From positions 750,001 through 782,000 of the forward strand of contig OW818675.1 of the NCBI GenBank assembly GCA_942493095.1: a stretch of 32,000 nucleotides of DNA, read 5' to 3'. This document shows positions 17,097-26,071 of the stretch, piece after piece. Origin of the DNA: Candidatus Electronema halotolerans. Lineage in GTDB: Bacteria; Desulfobacterota; Desulfobulbia; Desulfobulbales; Desulfobulbaceae. Below the pieces are notes generated by a model that saw only the letters and a program-made list of their open reading frames with translations, had not been told where the DNA came from and ran no database searches. Every line of letters starts with the position of its first letter. The first letter of the stretch is position 1. The position numbers and the translations under genes were made by a program.

Positions 17097-19798
17097 TCTT
17101 CCCCCCAAGAGGTAATATCGTCACTCAGCCAGCGGGCAAAAAAGTTCAATGCTTCAGGATGGTTGTCGTCAAGCTCCCGAACTGTCCAGAAACGTTTTAA
17201 ATTTTCCGACAGATCATATATCGTTTTTCTGTTAGTTATCCTTGGCAGCACCTTTTTCTGGATGTCACGTAATTGCCCGGTAATCGTGTATGGCTCATAT
17301 CTTCCTTTTTCTGGAAGAACTATAAACGCTTTACGATACCATTCTACAGCTTTTTCCGGCTTATTGGCAAGCAGTGACAAGTCTCCCAGACAGCGTTGCA
17401 GCAAGGAAATTTGGAGATGTTGGTATTTTTTGTCATCATCTGCAAGTATAATGTTCAAATCATTGACGAACTTGTCATATTCAGCAATATTATTTTCTAC
17501 AACAGCTATTCTGGCCAGTTCTGCCAAACTGAATAACTCGTATTGAATGTTATGTGCCTGTTGACTTAGATCGTAGCTTTCTTTTAACGCATCCTTGGCA
17601 AGATCAATTTGTTTTTTCTTCAAATAAACTTTTCCAAGAATATGAAAATATTCTGGTTCATCTCGTTCAATATCAAGTTCCTTCGCGTTACCTAAGCATT
17701 CTTCAGATTTTTCTAAATATTCTTTTCCCTTTAGCCAAAATACAGTTGCCTGCCCTAAATAAACCATACTGAGATAATCAATATCATTTTCATCTGAAAA
17801 AATTTTCAAAGCCTTATCAAAATGATTCAGTGCTTGATCAAGTTCATCAAACTCAATATGGATAACTCCACGTGTGCTGTTTGCAATCCCGATTCCGCGT
17901 TTGGAATCAATTTCTTTCCAGAATTCTTCTGCTTGACGACAAAGCCGCCTTGCACTGTCCCGATCACGTTTCAACGCATAGAGATAGCTCATATTGTTGA
18001 GGAGTTTGGCAGTTTGATATTTATCTACATGATCAGTGCCAAGTTCCAATCTCAAACGATTAGCTCTTCTATAGCAAATTCCAGCCTCATCGAACTTGCC
18101 CATGAGACGGTAATTGTATCCCTTGCCGATTAAAATCGAAAATTGAGAATTATCCAGTTTATTTTCTACAGAAATTTCTAATGCTGTTTTAAAATTCTCG
18201 TTTCCTTTATTGCAGCAGCCTAACCGTATTTCAATATTAGCCAGTTGCACCAGCATTTCTATTTTCTGCCCAGGAGTAATTGGATGATTTAAAGTTTTAC
18301 AAATTAACTCCTTGGCTTCCTTATATTCTTTATTGTCAAAATGATGAATAATAAAACGACTATTTATCATATAATTTTCTTCAAGCCCAATTTCTTTGCA
18401 AAAAAATATTATTTTTCTTGTAATTTCATCTCGATATCCCCATAGATAAATTTTACCAAGCATGTCAAATAATTCAGCAAAGTCCTTTGTTCCTTTTTTT
18501 ATATCAATCCGCAACAGGTAGTTGATCTGAAATCTTTTTAAGATCAGAAGGTTGTGTGTCAACGAACTCTTTTGCAAAGACAAATTGGCTATCTCTTGTT
18601 CTGTTGCTGCTGCAAGTTTATTAAGTTTAGCTATCTCTAATTCAATATTTTTGCATTGATGTTCCCGGAACTCTGCTGCTGTCATGCAATATTCATTACG
18701 ATATTCCCGATCAGGATCTGCTTCTGGCCAGACATATTCATTGACCATCCGTTGCATCTCGTCATGCAATTTCACTTGTCCGTCCGGCAGAGACTTGACA
18801 AAGACATATTCCTTTGATCTTTCAAGCAAACTTTTAGCATCATCTTGGTTGATTTTGAACAAGGCCGCTGTCATCGGCACGTCTATCGGATAGATAACAG
18901 CCATCGCCAATATCAGCCGTTCAACTTTATCCCGCATCTGGGCAAGACGGCAGACAAGCCGCTTTTCAAACTCTTTGCGCCGCTGTTGAGAAATATTTTT
19001 CAGCGATGCAATCGGCTCATCAGTCAGCCAAGACAAAGAAATGCCCCGTGAACACCATTCCACAGCCAGATCAATAATGATAGGCCTCCCGTCCGCTATG
19101 CAGAGAATTTTCTCGGTTAAGTCTGGTGAAAATGAAATGTGCAATAATTTTTGTTTTTGTTTTAGATAATAATTACTTGCTTTTTCCTCTAATGGCTGAA
19201 GGTCAATGCACTCGACAGGAAGTTTTTTTTGTAGAATTTCTTCTCCGATTTTGCGGGCATCACGACCGGCAATAAGGAGCAAATAATTCTTAACCTCTTC
19301 TAAACCAATATTTGCAAATTCCTTCCACCATTGTTCGTTTTCTGACAAAGCATCAGTCGTATCTAAAAACCAAATCACACGCTTTTTTGACGAAGCAATA
19401 TTAAAACCTTCAGTAAAACTGCGCTTTACTTCCTGTTCTTTTTTAATAATTCCTGATTGGCTAATTCCTACTTCACGCATTCTTCTTAGATCATTCAGGC
19501 AGGTCAGATAGCTGCCAAAACAAGTATCATCAAACTGCCTCACTGTGTACTCGATAACAGAATCTACAACATGGAAATCAGGATTGTCAAAATCGGCAAT
19601 TTCAAGCACCTGTATCGATTTACCGCTTTCTGCAAGATGCCGCTGCCGTACTTCCTGAAGAAGGCGTGTTTTGCCGATTCCACCAGGGGCATTGATGCAC
19701 ATAATATGTGGCTGATTCCATTCGTCGATCAATCTCCTAATTTGAGACAGTTCATTCTCCCTATTTATAAATGGAACTTGTTTAGGCATCTTTTTCAT
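17093..19798 (-). CDS. STAND/NB-ARC-like NTPase with C-terminal TPR repeats (901 aa)
   Basis: Walker A 'INAPGGIGKTRLLQEV', Walker B-like 'KRVIWFLDTTDAL', 'LLLIAGRDARK', then tandem TPRs ('QTAKLLNNMSYLYALKRDRDSARRLCRQAEEFWKE...', 'LDQALNHFDKALKIFSDENDIDYLSMVYLGQATVFWLKG...'). Confidence 0.88.
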   Translation of the reverse strand: MKKMPKQVPFINRENELSQIRRLIDEWNQPHIMCINAPGGIGKTRLLQEVRQRHLAESGKSIQVLEIADFDNPDFHVVDSVIEYTVRQFDDTCFGSYLTCLNDLRRMREVGISQSGIIKKEQEVKRSFTEGFNIASSKKRVIWFLDTTDALSENEQWWKEFANIGLEEVKNYLLLIAGRDARKIGEEILQKKLPVECIDLQPLEEKASNYYLKQKQKLLHISFSPDLTEKILCIADGRPIIIDLAVEWCSRGISLSWLTDEPIASLKNISQQRRKEFEKRLVCRLAQMRDKVERLILAMAVIYPIDVPMTAALFKINQDDAKSLLERSKEYVFVKSLPDGQVKLHDEMQRMVNEYVWPEADPDREYRNEYCMTAAEFREHQCKNIELEIAKLNKLAAATEQEIANLSLQKSSLTHNLLILKRFQINYLLRIDIKKGTKDFAELFDMLGKIYLWGYRDEITRKIIFFCKEIGLEENYMINSRFIIHHFDNKEYKEAKELICKTLNHPITPGQKIEMLVQLANIEIRLGCCNKGNENFKTALEISVENKLDNSQFSILIGKGYNYRLMGKFDEAGICYRRANRLRLELGTDHVDKYQTAKLLNNMSYLYALKRDRDSARRLCRQAEEFWKEIDSKRGIGIANSTRGVIHIEFDELDQALNHFDKALKIFSDENDIDYLSMVYLGQATVFWLKGKEYLEKSEECLGNAKELDIERDEPEYFHILGKVYLKKKQIDLAKDALKESYDLSQQAHNIQYELFSLAELARIAVVENNIAEYDKFVNDLNIILADDDKKYQHLQISLLQRCLGDLSLLANKPEKAVEWYRKAFIVLPEKGRYEPYTITGQLRDIQKKVLPRITNRKTIYDLSENLKRFWTVRELDDNHPEALNFFARWLSDDITSWGEE

Positions 19799-22002
19799 CC
19801 TCTTGGTTCTTTATAGAATTTTTCAATTTGTTTGCACAGTTGTTCATAAGGTTCCTCATTGAACTGCTCTCCGCGCAGGCAAAAATTGACCATGAAACGA
19901 AATTCCCATTCTCTTTTTTCATCTTCCAATCTGCTCTTTAAATTGATGATATTGTCTACCCCATCAGGATATTTAATAAGCAGCTCTAAATAATTACGTA
20001 AAATTCCATCATCGGCAAAAAAATGGCAGTACAATTTCTCTCGATTGGCAGGATTATCAGAGCATCCTAATTGCAATTCTTGATACATCCCTTCAATGGC
20101 GATAATCTCCGGTCGTGAGATAGAATTCTGTAAATCTGCTTGATATATGTCTCTGGCGCACCAGCATAGATCAAGAAAACATTCGTTTTCTTCCAAACGC
20201 AGACGAATAGCCAACAAGCGGCGTACGATTTCATCTTGAATAAAACCATTTTTTCTTTTAACTAGATAGGTTGATGTTAAGGCATCTTCTAACTCGTTCA
20301 CATCATCTTGCCATTCAATCAAATTAAATTTAATAATTTCTTTTAAAATACGATGATTATATCGACGAAAAACACTTAATACATCAAATATATTTTTAAG
20401 TTTATCAGGGATTGATTTTCTAATTTCACGTGCACTTTCTAAAATTTGCTCTTCATGACATTTTTGAAATACTGCAATCGGATCTGACTTAAATATATCT
20501 TGGTTAATAATCTGCGCCATCAGCCTTGGATGGCCTCCAGTAATGTGCATAATTTGTGCAGCAAAAAGATCAAGTGCTGTCTCATTTTTTTCCGAAAAAT
20601 ACGGTTGAACCGTAGCTCGCACATGTCGAAATTGAAATGGGCTTAATGGACGAACAAGAAGAGGAATTTCTCTTGCCTTGCCATCCCATATTCCACCTAT
20701 ATATCGTCCGGCCATCCGCACCCGAAAATTAGGAAGCACACGTTGCATAGTTGGTAAAGACTTATTTAAAAATGAATCTATTTCTTCGATAGGAAATTTT
20801 TCTATGTTATCAATAATAAAAATAATTCTGTGATTTAATTTAAAACGGTCGCTGAAATCTTCAGAAACAACATTCTCAATAAACTTAACTAACTCTTTTT
20901 GATCATCAATACATTCTGCAAGCGAATAAATTAAATCCATAACTGATAATTTTTTTATATGAATACAACACCATCCAGCTTTAGCATGCTCATGCTCGAT
21001 TGCTCTCAAAAGTTCTGTTTTTCCATATCCAGCAGGTGCATCAAAAAGGATATACTGAGCTGCATTATTTCCACATGCTTCAGAACGTTCATCCTTTCTA
21101 TTTACAAAATTAAATAGATACTTATCAGGCAGAATAATTTTCTTGTATATACTAATATAATAATTATCCTTAATCCAGTTAACCAAATTATAAATTTCAT
21201 CTCCACTCCGTGCCCATTTTAAAAAATTCATGCTCATATCTTCCAGTGATGTACATTTCGGTAATTCAAAGAATGGCAACGAGTTATAAAAATCTGTAAA
21301 TGGTTCATTAAATAATATTCCTTCTATATGTTCAAGCTGTCTGATTATATATTCCTTATGCAAAAAAAATTGAACATATAAATACAGTTCTCCTATCTTT
21401 TCAATTGGCACAGCGAAAGGAATTGTCTCTTCTCTTGTTTCGTTAACATATCTCTCTGAAATAATACCAACAACTCTTCCTGATGCTTCATGATACACAG
21501 GAGAGCCGCTCATCCCTCCTCGAAGTGTCTGCTTTCCAATGGCCTCCGACTCAAGTTGCAGCAGCTCAACACCGCTGCTGACGAGAGTGACATATTCCCC
21601 AATCGTGCCCGCAGCAGGCAATCCCTCAAATATACGCGATTCTCTGAATCCAAACGTTTTGAATTCACAAGATTGCTGCTTGTCATAACGCCATTCTCCC
21701 AGAGGTAATACAAGTGCCTCCGATGGCTTACCATCCTTGAGACGAAGCACAGCCATATCCACTTTGTCTGCCATCTTCACTTCGTCTGGAGATGATGAAG
21801 ACGGCCATATACATTCGGCAGGATATTCCTGCTTATTGAAAACCACAGTTAATGATTTTATCGGCCTACCTCTTTCTTGATCTTTAACTAAATGAAAACA
21901 AGTCAGCAGTGTTCCGTCATTGTCAATAAAAAAGGCGGTGCCAGCTTCAAAACCAGTGCCGACACCCTTGACACATGCTACAGCGTTCCGCAGTTCAACC
22001 AT
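19795..22002 (-). CDS. Trypsin-like serine protease fused to a STAND/AAA+-type NTPase (735 aa)
   Basis: Protease triad motifs: His37 in 'LLTCFHLV', 'DKVDMAVLRL', 'LRGGMSGSPVYHE'. P-loop 'FDAPAGYGKTELLRAI', Walker B 'RIIFIIDNIEKF'. ATGA overlap with the next gene. Confidence 0.87.
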   Translation of the reverse strand: MVELRNAVACVKGVGTGFEAGTAFFIDNDGTLLTCFHLVKDQERGRPIKSLTVVFNKQEYPAECIWPSSSSPDEVKMADKVDMAVLRLKDGKPSEALVLPLGEWRYDKQQSCEFKTFGFRESRIFEGLPAAGTIGEYVTLVSSGVELLQLESEAIGKQTLRGGMSGSPVYHEASGRVVGIISERYVNETREETIPFAVPIEKIGELYLYVQFFLHKEYIIRQLEHIEGILFNEPFTDFYNSLPFFELPKCTSLEDMSMNFLKWARSGDEIYNLVNWIKDNYYISIYKKIILPDKYLFNFVNRKDERSEACGNNAAQYILFDAPAGYGKTELLRAIEHEHAKAGWCCIHIKKLSVMDLIYSLAECIDDQKELVKFIENVVSEDFSDRFKLNHRIIFIIDNIEKFPIEEIDSFLNKSLPTMQRVLPNFRVRMAGRYIGGIWDGKAREIPLLVRPLSPFQFRHVRATVQPYFSEKNETALDLFAAQIMHITGGHPRLMAQIINQDIFKSDPIAVFQKCHEEQILESAREIRKSIPDKLKNIFDVLSVFRRYNHRILKEIIKFNLIEWQDDVNELEDALTSTYLVKRKNGFIQDEIVRRLLAIRLRLEENECFLDLCWCARDIYQADLQNSISRPEIIAIEGMYQELQLGCSDNPANREKLYCHFFADDGILRNYLELLIKYPDGVDNIINLKSRLEDEKREWEFRFMVNFCLRGEQFNEEPYEQLCKQIEKFYKEPRG

Positions 22003-22004
22003 TC

Positions 22005-22343
22005 TCAGCTATCCTTCCGCTTCCATGTGAGATTGACTTTCAATGCCGCTTCAACACCAGACTGAACCAACACCACGCCCGCATCAGATTTAACCGCCAA
22101 ACTGAATTCCAATGAGGCTTCATCTGGACTGGCCTTCTTGATCGCATCCTTGAAGCCGTTGGCCAATGTGCCAATCGTAACGGACATCTGATCAAAAACT
22201 TTTTCTGTAACATCGGCTGCTTTCTGGGCTTGTTCCCTTATTCCCATTTTCTGAAACCCGCCGCCCTGAGCAGGTTCAAAAGGCTCCACAGCAATTTTGA
22301 TTTCACCATCTCCAACAGGAACAGTAAGATAACGAATACTCAC
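22005..22343 (-). CDS. Trypsin-co-occurring domain 1 (Trypco1)-like small protein (112 aa)
   Basis: 'MSIRYLTVPVGDGEIKIAVEP...SPDEASLEFSLAVKSDAGVVLVQSGVEAALKVNLTWKRK' matches my recollection of the Trypco1 pattern (EVEFGxKLSAEAGAVIA..G..A.FKVTLTWR). It lies directly upstream of the trypsin-NTPase gene. Confidence 0.8.
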   Translation of the reverse strand: MSIRYLTVPVGDGEIKIAVEPFEPAQGGGFQKMGIREQAQKAADVTEKVFDQMSVTIGTLANGFKDAIKKASPDEASLEFSLAVKSDAGVVLVQSGVEAALKVNLTWKRKDS

Positions 22344-22533
22344 AAGTCACTCCTTTTGCTGAAAATTCAATTAGTTCGGCATCTATCACATCTCTTTTCC
22401 CGCAGCAGTTTTCTCGAACATACCTGAATCAGGACAGCAGCTCAAGCAAAATCAGATGGTTGTCAAAGGAAAAATCATGCAGGTTGCTGTTTCAGTCAAA
22501 CTGCCCCAGCAGCTCTGAACTGATAAGCAGGCA

Positions 22534-23199
22534 TCACTCCATATCCTCCAGCAGGCCGAGTTTGGCTGCATAACGGACCAGATCAGCGGTGCTGTGCAGG
22601 TCTAATTTGCTGAGAATATTGGCCCGGTGGTTGGTCACAGTTTTCGCGCTGATGCAGAGCTGTTCAGCAATTTCCTTCACTGACTCGCCGTGGGCCAGCA
22701 GCCGGAGCACTTCCTGCTCCCGCCCGGTCAGATTGCCGTAGGTGGCATCAGCAATGTCCATCACTTCGGCTGTTTCCAAGAGCCGGGGCGCGATTTCCTG
22801 CGACAGGGCCGCATCAAGATAATGCTCATCACGCAGGGCCGCTTCCAGCGCGTCGCGCAGACAGGCCGAGACCGACTCCTTGATCAGATAGCCCAGAGCG
22901 CCAGCTCGGAGCGCGCCGAGAATGTAGTCAATCTTTGAGTGCATGCTGACAATGACAATCCTCGTTTCCGGGGCTGCGCTCCGCAAGGTGCGGGTGAGCT
23001 GAATGCCGCTTCGGTCTGGCAGAGACAGGTCAATCACGGCCACGTCCGGCTTGATTCTGCGCACCGCCGCCTCGCCCTGGCGCGAGTCCGCCGCCTCATC
23101 AGCAATGACAAAGCCCGGACAGCGGCTGATGATCTGCCGGAGGCTGGCCCGGAAGGTGTCATGATCGTCAATAATCACTATCTGCTTCTGCGTGCTCAT
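22534..23199 (-). CDS. NarL/LuxR-family response regulator
   Basis: Receiver 'QIVIIDDHDTFRASLRQIISRCPGFVIADEA...DVAVIDLSLPDRSG', C-terminal HTH 'LTGREQEVLRLLAHGESVKEIAEQLCISAKTVTNHRANILSKLDLHSTADLVRYA'. Confidence 0.95.
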   Translation of the reverse strand: MSTQKQIVIIDDHDTFRASLRQIISRCPGFVIADEAADSRQGEAAVRRIKPDVAVIDLSLPDRSGIQLTRTLRSAAPETRIVIVSMHSKIDYILGALRAGALGYLIKESVSACLRDALEAALRDEHYLDAALSQEIAPRLLETAEVMDIADATYGNLTGREQEVLRLLAHGESVKEIAEQLCISAKTVTNHRANILSKLDLHSTADLVRYAAKLGLLEDME

Positions 23200-24745
23200 T
23201 ATCCGCCTCCCTCTGCGGTTCCGCCTGATCCTCCTGCGGGCTGATCAGGCTGGGAAATTCAATAAATATCTTCACGCCTTCGCCCGGAGCTGACTGAAGG
23301 CGGAAAGTGCCGTTCATCACCCGGACCCGCTCCTGCATGCCAAGCAGGCCAAAACGCTTTTTCTCTCTGACCTTGCGGCAAATTTCTTCCACAGCAAAGC
23401 CGCTGCCATTGTCCTCAATGCGGAGAATGACATTGGCCCCGGACGCAATCAGCCGGACATCGGCCTGACTTGCCTGCGCATGTTTGCCAATGTTGTTCAG
23501 GGCCTCCTGCACCAAGCGGTAGATGTTGATAGCGTGCTCGGCAGCAAGCGGCAGCTTGTCCGCGCCAGCCTTGGAGAATCTGACCGGAATGCCGCTTTTG
23601 CGGGCAAAGGCCCGGCAGCAGTCGGCCAGCGCGCTCGCCAAGCCGATCTGCTCCAGACCGGGTGGCCGCAGGTTGTAGGACAGCTCGCGCACGGTCTTGA
23701 TGCAGCGGTCAATCTGCCTGCCCCAGTCGTGCCGGGCTTGAGTCAGGGCCAGCTCATCCTCAACCGGCTCGCTGAAAAAGGAGTCGCCCGCAATTTTGAG
23801 CGAGGACAGTTCCTGGGCCACCTGATCATGCAGATAAAGGGCGATCTGCTGCCGCTCATTTTCCTGCACGGCCAGTAGCTGCTGAGTGAGATGATGGACC
23901 TGCTCCTCAGCCCGGCGCAGCTCGGCATTGGCCTGCACCAGCTCCTCTGTCCGCTCCTGCACCTTGGCATCCAAGTCCTCGTGATAGCAGGTGAGCTGCT
24001 CGGCCATTTTCTCAAACTCTTGAGCAAGAAACTCGAATTCATCGCCGGAATGAATGCCCAAGCGGTGCTGAAGATTGCCTGCCCCGATCTGCCGGGTGCC
24101 CTCCTCAAGGATGCGCACCGGCCCCAGCACTGAGCGCAGCATCAGAACAAAGACCGCCACGGTCAGCAGCACTGCGACCGCACTGGTCAGGGCGACCACG
24201 ATCAGGGTGTGCTGATACTTCTCCGTGACAAAGGCTTCAGTCTTGGTCAGTTCCTGCAAATGGAGATGAAGATGCTCGTCAATCACGGCCTCCATCTTTT
24301 TCAGCTCCTCGCGCACCACCACGGCAATTTGGGCAAACTCCTCCTCTGGCCAGCCTTGGGCGGATTCCTCAAGAATATATTGCGACAAGGTCATGGCAAG
24401 AATGCTGTGATGAAGCATCTCATGCGCGGCCAAGGATGCCGGGTCAGTGTTCTGATGGCTGTGCCGGGCATTGTGCTTGGTGATCAGCTCCTTGAGCTGG
24501 GCCGCCTTGGCCGTGATGCTCCTCCGGTCAATGTGCTTTTCCCGCAGTCCTGCCTCAAGGGAGAGCAGCAGCTTTTTCAGCTCCAGCATGGCCGAGACAT
24601 TGAAGGCCACGTCCTGCTGCATTTTGTGGAACTGGCTGTGAATGCTGGAAAAAGTGCAGATGCAGAACAGGCTGAGTGCGAAGATGACCGCAATCAGCGG
24701 GGAGAAATAGAGAATGAAGCGGTTGCGGAGGCTGAGTTGCAGCAT
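23168..24745 (-). CDS. NarX-type sensor histidine kinase (two TMs, HAMP, HisKA_3, HATPase)
   Basis: HAMP 'VLGPVRILEEGTRQIGAGNLQHRL', 'ENERQQIALYLHDQVAQELSSLK', 'VQEALNNIGKHAQAS', 'IEDNGSGF', 'RFGLLGMQERVRVMNG'. Confidence 0.94.
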   Translation of the reverse strand: MLQLSLRNRFILYFSPLIAVIFALSLFCICTFSSIHSQFHKMQQDVAFNVSAMLELKKLLLSLEAGLREKHIDRRSITAKAAQLKELITKHNARHSHQNTDPASLAAHEMLHHSILAMTLSQYILEESAQGWPEEEFAQIAVVVREELKKMEAVIDEHLHLHLQELTKTEAFVTEKYQHTLIVVALTSAVAVLLTVAVFVLMLRSVLGPVRILEEGTRQIGAGNLQHRLGIHSGDEFEFLAQEFEKMAEQLTCYHEDLDAKVQERTEELVQANAELRRAEEQVHHLTQQLLAVQENERQQIALYLHDQVAQELSSLKIAGDSFFSEPVEDELALTQARHDWGRQIDRCIKTVRELSYNLRPPGLEQIGLASALADCCRAFARKSGIPVRFSKAGADKLPLAAEHAINIYRLVQEALNNIGKHAQASQADVRLIASGANVILRIEDNGSGFAVEEICRKVREKKRFGLLGMQERVRVMNGTFRLQSAPGEGVKIFIEFPSLISPQEDQAEPQREADNEHAEADSDY

Positions 24746-24962
24746 CGGAACTTGGGCATGGGTTCAAAAAAACACTGCGCAGTTGTCCGGCTGAACATAC
24801 AGGAAAAGGAGGGATTTGCCCAGTCTCTTTGCAAGGGATGGGCGGAGAAAATGTTTTTTTGGCGTGTTGAAACCAAGAGATTTCCTTGCAGGAGGTATTG
24901 GCGCATGCAGCCCGTTCGTATTTTCATTAAGTCCTTGCTTTCAATAGCCGAGGCCAGGCCGT

Positions 24963-25118
24963 TCCTTCTGATTCGCCAAAATCAGGTCGTGACGGATGCC
25001 TGCTGCTCGCCGTGATCAACACGCAGATTTCAGCCGCGAGGCGATGGAAAAACGGATGGTCTCCAAAGCGCGCACCGTTCCCCTTTGCCTGTCAAAGGGA
25101 TGCGCACATCGTGTGCTG
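24963..25118 (-). pseudogene. Mosaic remnant of a YgiQ-type radical SAM gene
   Basis: Three short blocks match separate parts of the 29388-31100 gene: ~24963-25005 to ~29817-29865, ~25006-25033 to ~29917-29943, ~25034-25118 to ~30179-30265. Confidence 0.75.
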
Positions 25119-25185
25119 AATCTGATGTGCCACAGAAGAAAGCACTGTCACAGGCTATTTCTTAGCAGTGTACGACAATTTTGGG

Positions 25186-26071
25186 TAATGGTGAATCGTG
25201 AGTGATGGGTTGAAAATATGTTGAAATTGCTGGAAAATATAATATACTGGCGGCAAGGGATGCTCTCTGTCCCATCGGCTCTTCGTCGGATGCGCATGTC
25301 AAGCCGTCATTATGAAAAAAACAAACATGGAGAAGAAAGCTGTGCAATGCCCAAGATGTGGTTCATCAGTCATTGTGAAAAATGGCTCCAATGCGAATGG
25401 GAAAAAGAAATTTTTATGTAAGGACTGCTCACGTCAATTCGTTGAGAATCCTCAGAACAAAACAATATCTGATGCTGAATGGCGCATAGTTGATAAGCTT
25501 CTTGTTGAAAGAATCTCCTTGGCTGGGATTGCGAGAGCCGTTTCCATCTCAAAAAGATGGCTTCAGGAATATGTTAAAAAAAAACGAAATGAAGTCAAAA
25601 AAGAGGCTTTCAATATGTCCCGCAACGGAAAAATCTTCATCGAAGCCGATGAAATGTGGACTTTCGTTGGTGACAAGGAAAATGATATTTGGATATGGCT
25701 TGCTGTCGAGAGAAGAACAAAGCTTATTGTCGGATATCATGTTGGAAAAAGAGATAATGCAGGAGCAGCCGCCTTGTGGGACTCCCTTTCTGAAGATTGC
25801 AAAAAGAACGGAATATTTTTTACGGATGGACTCGCCGCTTATTCGAGCGTGTTTCCAGCTGAAAGGCATAGAATTGTCAGCAAAGGAAGCGGAAAAACAA
25901 GTCATATCGAAAGGCTCAATTTGACATTCAGACAAAGATTGTCTGCACTTGTCAGAAAGACCATTTCATTTTCGAGAAGCATCGAAAATTTAACTGCATC
26001 TGTCTGGAGGTTCATTCAAGATTATAATAATAATCTTTTGTTTAATTGATCACTCACAGTTCACCATCACC
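25186..26071 (+). mobile_element. IS1-family insertion element (886 bp)
   Basis: 23-bp terminal inverted repeats GGTAATGGTGAATCGTGAGTGAT / GGTGATGGTGAACTGTGAGTGAT (3 mismatches) flanked by 8-bp direct repeats CAATTTTG (25178-25185, 26072-26079). Confidence 0.92.
25312..26049 (+). CDS. IS1-family transposase (single-ORF type)
   Basis: Zinc finger 'CPRCGSSVIVKNGSNANGKKKFLCKDCSRQF', 'IEADEMWTFVGDKENDIWIWLAVERRTKLIVGYHVG', 'IERLNLTFRQRLSALVRKTISFS'. Confidence 0.93.
   Translation: MKKTNMEKKAVQCPRCGSSVIVKNGSNANGKKKFLCKDCSRQFVENPQNKTISDAEWRIVDKLLVERISLAGIARAVSISKRWLQEYVKKKRNEVKKEAFNMSRNGKIFIEADEMWTFVGDKENDIWIWLAVERRTKLIVGYHVGKRDNAGAAALWDSLSEDCKKNGIFFTDGLAAYSSVFPAERHRIVSKGSGKTSHIERLNLTFRQRLSALVRKTISFSRSIENLTASVWRFIQDYNNNLLFN

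Noticed and set aside
22344-22533. Possible precursor peptide gene for the rSAM maturase between the Trypco1-like gene and the response regulator
   Set aside because: Only very short ORFs (for example MQVAVSVKLPQQL on the plus strand) with no leader/core pattern or conserved motif.
24209-25015. Plus-strand 268-aa ORF
   Set aside because: Mostly antisense to the histidine kinase gene, ending in the ygiQ remnant; no domain signal.
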